DNA of 64,000 nucleotides from an uncultured Gemmatimonadales bacterium (GTDB lineage Bacteria; Gemmatimonadota; Gemmatimonadetes; Longimicrobiales; Gaopeijiaceae), in assembly GCA_963809895.1 (NCBI GenBank), contig CAWELD010000003.1:2560001-2624000 (forward strand). The letters are read 5' to 3'. This document shows, in pieces, positions 43,537-53,994 of this stretch (its first letter is position 1; every line of letters begins with the position of its first letter). The translations under genes and the position numbers were made by a program. Under the pieces are notes generated by a model. The model ran no database searches. It was not told where the DNA came from and worked only from the letters and a program-made list of their open reading frames with translations.

Positions 43537-45303
43537 ATGCAGCTGACGGCGCTGGACTGGTGGGTGATGGCGCTCTACGGCGTCATCGTGCTGGCGGTAG
43601 GCCTCTTCTTCACCCGCAGGGCCGGCGAAGACACCACCGAGTACTTCCTGGCCGGCCGGCGCCTGCCCTGGTGGGTCCTGGGCACCTCGCTGGTGGCCAC
43701 CACCTTCTCCACCGATACCCCGAACCTGGTGACGGACATCGTCCGCAACGGGGGTGTGGCCGGGAACTGGGTGTGGTGGGCCTTCTGCATCACCGGCATG
43801 ATGACGGTGTTCTTCTACGCCAAGCTGTGGCGGCGCTCGGGCGTGATCACCGACATGGAGTTCTACGAGCTTCGCTATTCCGGGGGCCCCGCCGCCTTCC
43901 TTCGAGGCTTCCGGGCCGTCTATCTGGGCGTCTTCTTCAACGTGATGATCATGGCCACCGTCACCCTGGCGGCCATCAAGATCGGAGGGGTGCTGCTGGG
44001 GGTAGACCGCTACACGGTGGTTCTTGTGGCGGGTGCGGTGACGCTGGTGTACTCCGCCACCTCCGGGCTCTGGGGCGTGGTGGCCACCGACGTGCTCCTG
44101 TTCGTGCTGGCCATGACGGGCTCGGTGGCGGCGGCGGTGGTGGCGGTGAACCTCCCCGAGGTGGGTGGGCTGCACGCCCTCATGTCCAACCCGGCGCTGG
44201 AGGGCCGCCTGTCGTTCCTGCCGGATTTCGGCGACCCGCGCTCGGCGCTGGCGGTGTTCATCGTACCCGTCGCGGTGCAGTGGTGGAGCACCTGGTACCC
44301 CGGGGCCGAGCCCGGTGGCGGGGGCTACGCGGCGCAGCGCATGCTGGCGGCCCGCGACGAATCCCACGCCCTCAAATCGGTCCTGTGGTTCAACGTGGCC
44401 CACTACGCCCTCAGGCCCTGGCCGTGGATCCTGGTGGCGCTGGCATCGATCCTGGTCTACCCGACGCTGCAGTCCATCCAGAGCGCCTTCCCGGGCCTGG
44501 ATCCGGCCATCCTCGGGCACGACCTGGCGTATCCGGCCATGCTCGTCTTTCTGCCGGCGGGGTTGCTGGGACTCGTGGCGGCCTCGCTGGCCGCCGCGTA
44601 CATGTCCACCATCTCCACGCACCTCAACTGGGGTGCGTCGTACGTGGTCCAGGACGTCTATCGCCGCTTCATCGCGCCCGAGGCCGGCGATCGTCACTAC
44701 GTCATGGTCGCCCGCCTCACCACCGTGGGCCTCACGGTGCTCATGGGCCTGGTGGCGCTGTGGCTGCAGAATGCCCTGCAGGCCTTCCAGATCCTCCTGC
44801 AGATCGGTGCCGGCACGGGGCTGGTCTTCCTGTTGCGCTGGTTCTGGTGGCGCATCAACGCCTGGAGCGAGATCTCGGCCATGGTCATCTCGTTCCTGGT
44901 GGCCGTCTACTTCCAGTGGATCCACGTCCGTCTCGGCTTCGCGCCCATGGATTCGTCGGCCCAGCTGGTCCTGGGCGTGGCCGTGACCACCGCCGGCTGG
45001 ATGCTGGTGACCTTCCTGACGCCGCCGGCGAACAGGGCGACGTTGCGGACCTTCTACGAGCACATCCGGCCGCAGGGGCCCGGATGGCGGGCCGTGGTGG
45101 GCGAGGTCGAGCCCACCGAGGGCGAGAGCCTGGCCGCTGCCGCGGGCGCGTGGTTCCTGGGATGCCTCGCGGTCTACGCCGCCCTCTTCGCCACGGGCTA
45201 CCTGCTCTACGGCCGCGGCGCCATGGCCGCCGCGCTGGGGGTGGTGGCAGCCGTGGCGGCCGTTGGGGTGATGCGCCTCCTGCCACGGGTGGGGCTACGC
45301 TGA
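43537..45303 (+). CDS. Sodium:solute symporter (SSS)
   Basis: EYFLAGRRLPWW, AQRMLAARDE, AAYMST; multi-TM. Confidence 0.92.
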   Translation: MQLTALDWWVMALYGVIVLAVGLFFTRRAGEDTTEYFLAGRRLPWWVLGTSLVATTFSTDTPNLVTDIVRNGGVAGNWVWWAFCITGMMTVFFYAKLWRRSGVITDMEFYELRYSGGPAAFLRGFRAVYLGVFFNVMIMATVTLAAIKIGGVLLGVDRYTVVLVAGAVTLVYSATSGLWGVVATDVLLFVLAMTGSVAAAVVAVNLPEVGGLHALMSNPALEGRLSFLPDFGDPRSALAVFIVPVAVQWWSTWYPGAEPGGGGYAAQRMLAARDESHALKSVLWFNVAHYALRPWPWILVALASILVYPTLQSIQSAFPGLDPAILGHDLAYPAMLVFLPAGLLGLVAASLAAAYMSTISTHLNWGASYVVQDVYRRFIAPEAGDRHYVMVARLTTVGLTVLMGLVALWLQNALQAFQILLQIGAGTGLVFLLRWFWWRINAWSEISAMVISFLVAVYFQWIHVRLGFAPMDSSAQLVLGVAVTTAGWMLVTFLTPPANRATLRTFYEHIRPQGPGWRAVVGEVEPTEGESLAAAAGAWFLGCLAVYAALFATGYLLYGRGAMAAALGVVAAVAAVGVMRLLPRVGLR

Positions 45304-45315
45304 GGAGGTCTCCGC

Positions 45316-46516
45316 TCAGGTGTCCGGGGCGGCGGTCACGGCGGCGCCGGGGCCGGCGTCGGCCTGGAAGACCAGCGCGTCCCGGGGCGGCACACCAGCG
45401 TCGATGAGCTCGGCGCGCAGGGTCTCCGCGACGACCTCGGCCACGGCCGACTCGCACACCGCGAGCATGCATCCTCCGAACCCCGCCCCGGTGAGGCGGG
45501 CGCCCTCGGCACCGGCGTCCAGCGCCGCGTCCACCAGGGCATCCAGGCGGGGATGGCTCACGCGGTAGTCGTCTCGCAGCGAGACGTGCGACAGCGTGAG
45601 GAGCCCTCCGAATCCGGTGAGGTCGCCGGCCAGCAGGAGATCCTCGGCGGCCACCACCCGCTGGGTCTCGGTGACAACGTGGCGAAAGCACGCCGCCAAC
45701 CGGGGCTCGAGAACCCGCGCGGCCGTCTCCAACAGCACCCCTTCCGGCGCCACCACCAGCAGCTCCGGATAGGACGCGCCCCGCCGGCCCAACACCGCCG
45801 AGACCGCCGCCAGGGCGGCCTCGCCGGCGCGGCGGCGCTCGTTGTAGGCGTGCTGCGCCGGCCCGGACTTCTCCGCCCGCACCCCTGAGTGGGCCACCAC
45901 CACGCGCCAGTCCGCGGGCAGCGGCACGGGGGTCCAGCGCAGCGGGCTGAACTCGATGCGCAGGGCGTGCCCCGCCCGGCCGCCCAGGCTCACCGCCTGG
46001 TCCATGCCCCCGCCCCGGGTCCCCACGAACTGCTCTCCGCGAGCGAGCTCCTCGGCCAGCGCCAGCGCATCGGGACTCCGTCCGCTGGCCCGCAGAAGCG
46101 CCAGCGCCGTGCCCACCACCAGCGCCGAGGAGCTGCTCAGCCCCGCCGCGGGCGGCAGGTCCGAGGCCACCATCGCCTCCATTCCCACCTGCGCGCCGAA
46201 GCGCGCGGCCACCACGCGCGGCGGCCTTCAGGTAGTTTCCCCAGTCCCCCGGACGGTCACGCGTGGGCTCGGGACCCAGGGCGAACGTCCGTTCCTCCCA
46301 GGCCGGGTCGAGGTTCGCCACGTGCACCAGGCGGTCGGTCCGCGGGCGGAACGCCACCTGGATCGAGCGGGTCAGGGCCATGGGCAGCACGGGGAGATCG
46401 AAATAGTCCACGTGCTCCCCGATCAGGTTCACCCGCCCCGGCGCCCGCGCCACCAGTTCGGGCGCGGATCCGAAGCGCGTCTCGAACGCCGTGGTGAGCG
46501 CCACGGCGTCGTTCAT
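45316..46516 (-). CDS. galK: GHMP sugar kinase, galactokinase/GalNAc-kinase type (frameshift near 46217)
   Basis: PGRVNLIGEHVDY, GLSSSSA, GGGMDQ, RLTGAGFGGC. Confidence 0.88.
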
Positions 46517-46529
46517 GGCACGCTCCGGC

Positions 46530-47944
46530 TCAAGCGCGCACGAGGCCGAGCTTCGGCCAGCTCTGCCAGCGGCCCCGCGTGAAGTCCGGGAACTCGGCAG
46601 GCCGGGAGCCGTGGGCCACCGACCATTCGGAGAGCGGGCCCACGGCGCTGATGGCCGCCGCATCGTAGACGTTCATGTCCGTGGGCAGCCCTTCGCGCAG
46701 GCACTTCACCAGCCGGTAGTCCTCGATGTAGTCCATGCCGCCGTGGCCGGCGCCCTGGGAGCGCTCCTCCAGGTCCTTCCACAGGGGGTGGTCGAACTCG
46801 TCGAGATACTCGGTCCACTCCTCCCACTGATGCGCCGGGCTGCGCCCCTCGATGTGCACGCGATGCGGGTAGCCGTGAAAGAGGCCGCGCGTCCCCTGCA
46901 CCATGTGGATGCGGGAGTACGGACGCGGGAGGTTGGTGTCGAAGGACACCTTGATGGTGCGGCCGTTGGCCGTCTTGATCAGGCTCGTGTTCACGTCGCC
47001 GCATGCGTACTGCTCCTGGCGCTTCGGATCGTCGGGCGGATAGTGCTCCTCCGCCCACTGTTGCAGGCCCCGTGCCGGCGTGCTCATGGAGACCAGATAG
47101 GCGAAGCGGTCGCCGCGGTTGATGTCCATGACGTTGGCCACCGGCCCCAGCCCGTGGGTGGGATAGAGATTCCCGTTGCGGGCGATGGAGTGGGCTCGCC
47201 GCCAGAGCCCCTCGTGGGCGTCCTCGAACTTGATGGCGCGCAGGTCGTGCAGGTATCCGCATTCGCCGTGCAGGATCTCGCCCAGCAGTCCGAGGCGCGC
47301 CATGTGGAAGGCCATCATCTCCGGACGGTCGTAGTTGCAGTTCTCCATCATGACGCAGTGCTTCTGCCGGGCCTCGGCGGTCTCCACCAGCTTCCAGCAG
47401 TCCTCCAGGGTGTAGGCCGCGGGAACCTCGGTGGCGGCGTGCTTGCCGTTCTCCATGGCGGCGACGCACACGGGCACGTGCCACTCCCAGGGGGTGGCCG
47501 TGAACACCAGGTCCACGTCCTCGGTCTCGCACATGCGCACGAAGTCGGTCTCGTCGCGCCCGTACAGGGTCGGACGCGGGCGACCGTCGGCCTCCACCCA
47601 GCTCGCCACCTCCTCGGTTGCGGGCCGCGTCGATGTCACACAGCGAGACGATCTCCACGCCGTCGATCCCCAGGAAGTTGCGCACATGGGATCCCCCCTG
47701 AAGACCCACCCCCACGAAGCCGATGCGCACGGTCTCCAACGGGGCCACCCGGAAGGGCTCCGCAGGCGCCGACGCCGCGAGCCCGGCGGGCGGGGTGGTG
47801 GAGGGCGCGCCGGACGCTGTGGGGTCCGGCTCGGTCCGGCAGGAGGCGAGGCCTCCCACGGCGGCGACTCCGGCGCCCAGGGCGCCCAGCTTCAGGAGGT
47901 CGCGGCGGGGGAATGCGCGGGACTTGATCGTCAGGGTGGGACAC
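46530..47944 (-). CDS. GH109 NAD-dependent alpha-N-acetylgalactosaminidase-like protein (Gfo/Idh/MocA fold), Tat signal (frameshifts near 47910 and 47618)
   Basis: RRDLLK Tat motif, ATPWEWH, MENCNY, YLHDL, NLYPTHGLGP, GHGGMD, PDFTRGRW. Confidence 0.88.
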
Positions 47945-48118
47945 GGCGATTCCTCGGGTCGGTGCGGGACGTATGCCGCAAAATGGCCCCCTGCGCGCGC
48001 CGGGGAAACTCCGGGGTCGGAGATCGCGGGCAATTCCCCACGGCGACCCCTTGTCGGACGCGGCGTATCTTGGGATCAGAGTGGGGGAGAACCACTCGTC
48101 AACGGAACGGAGGTATCC

Positions 48119-48571
48119 ATGCGTGCTCATGCCTCGATCCTGCTGGCGACGGCCGTGGTGGCCCTCGCCGCCTGCGGAGGTGGGGAGGACGCCGAAGTCC
48201 AGCAGGCTCCGAGCGCGGCGGACACGGTCCAGACCGCCATGGCGCAGTTCGATGCCGCGGCCTTCGACACCGTCACCTGGGAGAAGCCGGCCGACGCCGT
48301 GGTCCGCGGCAGCGTCGTCTTCAACTACTCCTGCAAGAAGTGCCACGGCCCCCAGGGCTACGGGGACGGCGGCTTCGTCATGCAGGGCGACACGCTCCGC
48401 CCACCGTCCTTCCACGATCCCGACTGGAAGTTCAAGAACGACCTGGCGGGTTTGCGGCGCCAGATCTCGATCGGAACCACCGAAGGGATGCCGCACTGGG
48501 GCCTCGAAGGCCTCAAGGCCAAGGACGTGGACGCGGTGGCGCACTTCATCCTGGAGACGTTCGCCAGGTGA
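48119..48571 (+). CDS. Monoheme cytochrome c lipoprotein
   Basis: Lipobox LAAC, CKKCH, distal GMPHW. Confidence 0.88.
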   Translation: MRAHASILLATAVVALAACGGGEDAEVQQAPSAADTVQTAMAQFDAAAFDTVTWEKPADAVVRGSVVFNYSCKKCHGPQGYGDGGFVMQGDTLRPPSFHDPDWKFKNDLAGLRRQISIGTTEGMPHWGLEGLKAKDVDAVAHFILETFAR

Positions 48572-48649
48572 CGTCACGGGACGACCTCGGCGGCTGAGAC
48601 GCGCAATCGGTCCCAGCCGCCGAGTTGTCTCTCCAATGCCCTCCGACCG

Positions 48650-51172
48650 TCAGCTCCCCGGGTCCAGAATGCGCTGGATCTCGGTGCGCACGTCCTGGAG
48701 GTGCACCCGCGTCAGGGCATCGGCGGCCCGGCCCTGAGCCTGCTGGGCCTGCTGGTCGATGCGCCGCAGCTCGTCGCGCAGCAGCGCCCGTACGTCGCTC
48801 CCCCAGCGCGGCGGCCGCTGGAACTGGGCCGGCAGGCGGGCTTCCTGATCCAACTGGGCCTCCGAGGGATTGAGCTCGCCGTCCACCGTCTCCAGATAGG
48901 CCCGCTGCAGGTTGCGGCGGTAGATGTCGATGGCCACCCGGCCGTCGTCGTCCAGCTCGCCCCACACGCCCTCCCGGAGCTGATCCATGAAGTCGGCCAG
49001 CGTGTAGGTGTCCCCGCCGGTGAGTGCCCCGTACTCGACGAGGGTGTTCAGCTTGCGCGGTGACAGGAGCGTGCGCAGGAGGCCGGACTGTGCCGAGCGG
49101 ATGCGATCCACCGCCCCCTCGGCCTCGATGCGCCACAGGATGTCCCGATCCAGGAACATCTCCGGCGGATGGAAGGCGTTGGCCAACAGGAAGTCCATGG
49201 CCTCACGCTGACGAGCCTCGGCCACCGGCGTGAAGCGGGGCCCGGTGCCGTACTTCTCCTGCGTGATGGCGCCCCCGATGAGCGCCGCCACGTGGCGCAT
49301 GTAGCGACCCCACTGGGTCACCGCCTCGCCGTAGAGCTCCTGCAGGACGCTCGTAGTCCTGACCGGGCTTCTCGGCCACGCCCAGCACGGAGTCCATGAC
49401 CCGCTGCAGGTTCTCGAGCGCCAGCGTGGTGGACTTCACCGCATCGGCATCGCCCACCGCCTCGGTCTGGTTCTCGGGGTCGTTGGGGGCGTCGGGCGTG
49501 GAGAAGCGGAGCCACGGCACCGTGTCCTGCGCCCGCGCCCATCGGTCCAGGGTGGGCTTCTCGTCGTCGGGCGTGGCCGCGCTCCAGGATGGGCCGGTAT
49601 CCCCACTTCACCGCGAACTTGTCGTAGGGACCGATGTGGGGGATCAGCAGCCCCACCGGAATGGAGTCCTCGGGCTGCGCGACGTAGTTGAAGCGCGAGT
49701 AGTCCATGAGCGTCGCCACGTGACCGCCCATGCGCTCCAGGAAGTCTCGCGAGCGGATGGAATCCGCCGGGTACATGGCGCTGGCCTTCATGTTGTGCGG
49801 AAAGCCGATGGAGTGGCCGATCTCGTGGGTCACCACGTACTCCACCAACTGGCCCATGAGGGAATCGGGCATGGGCAGGCTCCGCGCCCGGGCGTCGAGG
49901 GGGCTGGCCTGCACGAAGTACCAGTCCCGCTGCAGCGTCATGATGTTGTGGTACATGTTGACCTCCCCCTTCAGGATCTCTCCCGTGCGGGGGTCGACGA
50001 TCTGTCCGCCGGTGGCGTTGGCCACGGTGGACGGCCGCCAGTACACCACCGAGTGCCGGGCGTCGTAGAGCGACCAGTCGGGATCGTCGGCCGGCGCGTA
50101 CTCGGCCCGGATGGCGTTCTTGAAGCCCGCCTCCTCGAAGGCGGTGTTCCACGCCTCGATGCCCGACTTGAGCCACGGCTTGATCCAGTCCGGCGTGGCG
50201 GAGTCGATCCAGTAGACGATGGGCTCCACCGGCTCCACCAGCTCGCCCCGGCGGAAGGCCGCCGTGTCCGACGGCTCCAGCCGGAAGCGGTGGATGAAGC
50301 GCACCCGCTTGGCGGCGTGTACCGGGAGCGAGAAGTCGTAGTAGCGGCTCGAGTTGAAGCCCACGCGGTCGTCGTGCCAGCGTACCCGCATGGGATCGTC
50401 GGGCAGCGCCAGCAGGCTCCAGTGCATGCGCACGGTCTGGGCCGACGGGGGCGAGCTGGGGGGCACGCCCGGTGCGCGGGCGTTGCCGGTCTGGGTCGCC
50501 TCCACCTCCACGTTGCGCGGAAAGGCGGCCACGTGGTCGAACCAGCTCTCGTTCTTCTGGGTGCCCTGCAGGGCCCCGATCTCGCGGTTGTAGGTCAGGA
50601 AGAGGTCGGTGACGTCGATGACCAGCGCGCTGTCCGTGGGACTGTAGGCCTCGATGGGATACTTGCCCAGCACGGCGCCGTTGCGGAATCCCCGGACCTG
50701 GCCCCAGATGGCGTCGCTGGAGTCGGCGACCAGGTCATAACGCTTCTCCCTGAGGACCACCGCGTCGTCGACCCGGTCCCACTGCACCACCAGCGAGGCT
50801 CCTCCGCCGAAGAAGCCGCCGGGATCCTGGAGCGTCGACTCCACCGCCCGCGACAGCAGGATCATCTCCTTGCCCAGCTCGGAGCGGGGAATCTCGAAGA
50901 GGAGCTTGCCCTCGACCCGGTGGGTGCGGAAGAGCCCGTCCCGGGTCTTCCGCCTCGTCCGTGACCACCTCCGAGTAGGGCTTCACCCCGCCCTGATTCG
51001 TGCCGGGCCGCCGCGCGGCGGGCCCACCGGGTCCGCCGGGGCCACCGGGGCCGGCCCCCTGATTGGCCGGCATGGGCATGCCCGCAGGGGCCGGAGACTG
51101 GAAGATCGAGCAGCCGGAGAGTCCGAGGGCGGCGCAGGCCAGCCCGGTCCAGAGCACAGAGAGTCGTCGCAT
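48650..51172 (-). CDS. Zinc-dependent metalloprotease (DUF5117/DUF4953 type), lipoprotein (frameshifts near 50950, 49582, 49350)
   Basis: Lipobox LSGC, DPRTGEILK, HEIGHSIGFPHN metzincin motif, LMDY Met-turn. Confidence 0.88.
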
Positions 51173-51339
51173 GGTGGATTCGGAGAGGTGGAACCAGCCC
51201 CCCGGGTCCGGGGGGACGTACACAGGTCAGGGTAACCTGGCAGGCCGCGAGCGTTGAGGACAGGCGCGGAACATCGGCTCGCGATTCCGGGTCCTCCGAG
51301 GGGCGCAGGAACGAAGCACGCAGGCAAGAAGGATATTCC

Positions 51340-52536
51340 ATGGCTACCAAGGGATGTATCGGCATTCTCACCGGGGGCGGCGACGTCCCCGGACTCAATC
51401 CGGCGATCCGCGCCATCACCATCCGGGCGCTCCGGGAGGGCTACCGCGTCGTGGGCATCCGCCGGGGATGGGCGGGGCTGGTCGACCTGGTGCCCGAGCG
51501 CGACGCCGACAACTCGGCCAACGTGCAGGAGCTCACCGCCGAGATCGTGAACCGGGCCGGACGCACCGGCGGGACCTTTCTGCACACGTCACGCACACGC
51601 CCCAGCCATCTCCCGAAGCCGGTGGTTCCCCCGCACCTCCGGGACCACTACACCGACGAGATCAACGACGTCACCCCCCACGTGCTCCACAACCTCGAGT
51701 TCCTGGGAATCGACACCCTCATCCCCATCGGGGGCGACGACACCCTCTCCTACGGCAAGCGCCTGCACGAGGAGGGCGTCAAGGTGGTGGCGATCCCCAA
51801 GACCATGGACAACGACGTGCCCGGCACCGACTACTGCATCGGCTTCAGCACGTGCGTCACGCGGACCATCGAGCTCACGCACCGGCTGCGGACGACGGCG
51901 GGATCGCACGAGCGCTTTCTGGTCATCGAGGTGTTCGGACGCTACGCGGGCTTCACCGCCTTGCTGCCCACCATGGCCGGCGCCGCCGACCGCTGCGTGA
52001 TCCCGGAGCACCCCTTCGACATCGAACGCCTCACCGAGCTCCTGGTCCACGACCGCAAGCGCCACCCTTCCCGCTATTCGGTCGTCCTCGTGTCCGAAGG
52101 CGCCACCATGAAGCACGAAGAGGAGATGACCTTCGAGAAGGCGGACACCGACCAGTTCGGGCACCGCAAGCTCGGGGGCATCGGCGACAAGGTGGCCGAT
52201 GCGCTCAAGGCGCTGTCCCCGAAGTTCAACGACGGCCGCCGGGTCAACGTGGTCAACCAGCGCCTGGGCTATCTGGTCCGCTCGGGAGATCCCGACGCCC
52301 TGGACTCCATCGTGCCCATGGCCTACGGAAACCTGGCGCTGGACCTGATTCTGTCGGGCACGTCGGGCCGGCTGGTTTGCGTGCGCAACGGGGTCTACGA
52401 CAACGTACCCGTCGACGTGGTGACCGGTCGCAAGAAGCTCGTGGACATCCATCACCACTACAACGTGGACCGCCTGCGGCCCAGCTACAGGACGTTCATG
52501 CGGCAGCCCATCTTCATCATGACCAGCGACGTGTGA
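51340..52536 (+). CDS. pfkA: Phosphofructokinase, probably PPi-dependent
   Basis: TGGGDVPGLN, GGDDT, PKTMDND, EVFGRYAG. Confidence 0.9.
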   Translation: MATKGCIGILTGGGDVPGLNPAIRAITIRALREGYRVVGIRRGWAGLVDLVPERDADNSANVQELTAEIVNRAGRTGGTFLHTSRTRPSHLPKPVVPPHLRDHYTDEINDVTPHVLHNLEFLGIDTLIPIGGDDTLSYGKRLHEEGVKVVAIPKTMDNDVPGTDYCIGFSTCVTRTIELTHRLRTTAGSHERFLVIEVFGRYAGFTALLPTMAGAADRCVIPEHPFDIERLTELLVHDRKRHPSRYSVVLVSEGATMKHEEEMTFEKADTDQFGHRKLGGIGDKVADALKALSPKFNDGRRVNVVNQRLGYLVRSGDPDALDSIVPMAYGNLALDLILSGTSGRLVCVRNGVYDNVPVDVVTGRKKLVDIHHHYNVDRLRPSYRTFMRQPIFIMTSDV

Positions 52537-52537
52537 C

Positions 52538-53020
52538 ATGACCTCCACCCCCGCCGAGCCCGATCCCCTGACCCGGCGCTTTCGCCGACTCCTCGGCGGC
52601 ATCCTCCTGATCGGGGTCCTGGGCACCAGCGCAGAGCTGACCCTCCTGGAGCACTGGGAGGAGGCCTGGCAATTCGTGCCCCTGGTCCTGCTGGGCCTCG
52701 GGCTGGTGGTGGTGCCGCTGGCGGTGTTCCGGGCGCGCCGCTGGAACGTGCGCGCGCTCCGCTGGCTCATGGTGATCTACGTGCTGGCGGGCGCCGTGGG
52801 CATCCAACGCCACTATCACGGAAATCGCGAGTTCGAGCTCGAGATGCGGCCGACGCTGTCCGGGTTCGATCTTCTGTCCCGTACCCTGACCGGCGCCACG
52901 CCCGCGCTGGCGCCGGGCGCCCTGAGTTTCATCGGGTTGGTGGGCCTCATGCTCACGTACCGCCACCCGCGTCTGACCTCCGATCGTCCCTCTCCCCGTG
53001 ATCCAGGAGCAGCCTCATGA
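52538..53020 (+). CDS. Hypothetical 4-TM membrane protein
   Basis: Hydrophobic helices, LLEHWE, PALAPG; ATGA overlap with the next gene. Confidence 0.7.
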   Translation: MTSTPAEPDPLTRRFRRLLGGILLIGVLGTSAELTLLEHWEEAWQFVPLVLLGLGLVVVPLAVFRARRWNVRALRWLMVIYVLAGAVGIQRHYHGNREFELEMRPTLSGFDLLSRTLTGATPALAPGALSFIGLVGLMLTYRHPRLTSDRPSPRDPGAAS

Positions 53021-53676
53021 CCCTCCGAGCCTCTCTCAGGCCCCTGGCCCTCGCCGCCTTGGCCGCGCTGCTGGTGCTGCCGCGCACCGCCGCCGCCCAG
53101 GTGGGCGCCAATCGCGACGGCGTGCTGAATCCGAATCTGGCCAGCGCCGAGGAGATGGCGGCCCTGCCCGGTCTCGACGCCGCCACGGCCCAGGCCATCG
53201 TCGATGCGCGCCCGCATCTGGGCATGCTCGCCTTCCACCAGTTCCTCAACGGAAAGCTCGGTGAGGGCGACCGCAGCGCGTTGTACGAGCGCCTCTTCCT
53301 CCCCATCGACCTGAACGACACCAGCCGCGAGGAGATCCTGCTGGTGCCCGGCGTGGGCGACCGCATGGCGCGCGAGTTCGAGGAGTACCGTCCCTACGCG
53401 CACCTGGCCGAGTTCAACCGAGAGATCGGCAAGTACGTGGACGATGAAGAGGTGGCCCGGCTGGCCCAATACGTCTTCGTGCCCGTGGACCTCAACTCCG
53501 CCACCGACGAGGACATCCTGTCGATCCCGGGCGTGGGCAGCCGCATGCTGCGGGAGTTCAAGGAGTACCGGCCCTACACCGCCATGGAGCAGTTCCAGCG
53601 CGAGATCGGCAAGTACGTGGACGAGGGCGAAGTGGCGCGCATGCAGCGCTACGTGGAGATCCGCTCGGGAGGTTGA
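53017..53676 (+). CDS. Exported helix-hairpin-helix repeat protein (ComEA-like)
   Basis: Signal peptide ending AAAQ; three HhH units (LPGLD, VPGVG, IPGVG). Confidence 0.82.
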   Translation: MTLRASLRPLALAALAALLVLPRTAAAQVGANRDGVLNPNLASAEEMAALPGLDAATAQAIVDARPHLGMLAFHQFLNGKLGEGDRSALYERLFLPIDLNDTSREEILLVPGVGDRMAREFEEYRPYAHLAEFNREIGKYVDDEEVARLAQYVFVPVDLNSATDEDILSIPGVGSRMLREFKEYRPYTAMEQFQREIGKYVDEGEVARMQRYVEIRSGG

Positions 53677-53693
53677 GCGGCCAGGCCAGGGCA

Positions 53694-53730
53694 GCGCGCG
53701 CGCCGGCGGGGGGCGGGCCGACGCGCGCGC
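53694..53730. terminator. GC hairpin between convergent genes
   Basis: GCGCGCGCG-CCGGC...GCCGA-CGCGCGCGC inverted repeat. Confidence 0.4.
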
Positions 53731-53752
53731 CGAGGTCTGATGCTACAAGGTC

Positions 53753-53947
53753 CTACAGGCGCCGCAGCGAGCGCAGGATGTCGTCCGGCGTATAGGAGGT
53801 CTGCGCGCCGCTGAGTACCGGCTGCTCCATGCACACGTAGCCGCGCGAGGCGCACTGCTCCAGCGTGCGCTCGAGTCGGGCCACCCGGCGGGCCAGATGG
53901 GCGATCTGCTCGTCGGGGGTCAGGTCCATCACCTCTGCAATGGTCAT
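53753..53947 (-). CDS. Small hypothetical protein
   Basis: GGAGG SD before ATG; 64 aa with a coiled-coil-like stretch and two Cys. Confidence 0.55.
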   Translation of the reverse strand: MTIAEVMDLTPDEQIAHLARRVARLERTLEQCASRGYVCMEQPVLSGAQTSYTPDDILRSLRRL

Positions 53948-53994
53948 CGTCGCCTCCAGCGTCGGGTCGCGCGGGCGCGCGGCCTCGGGGGGAC

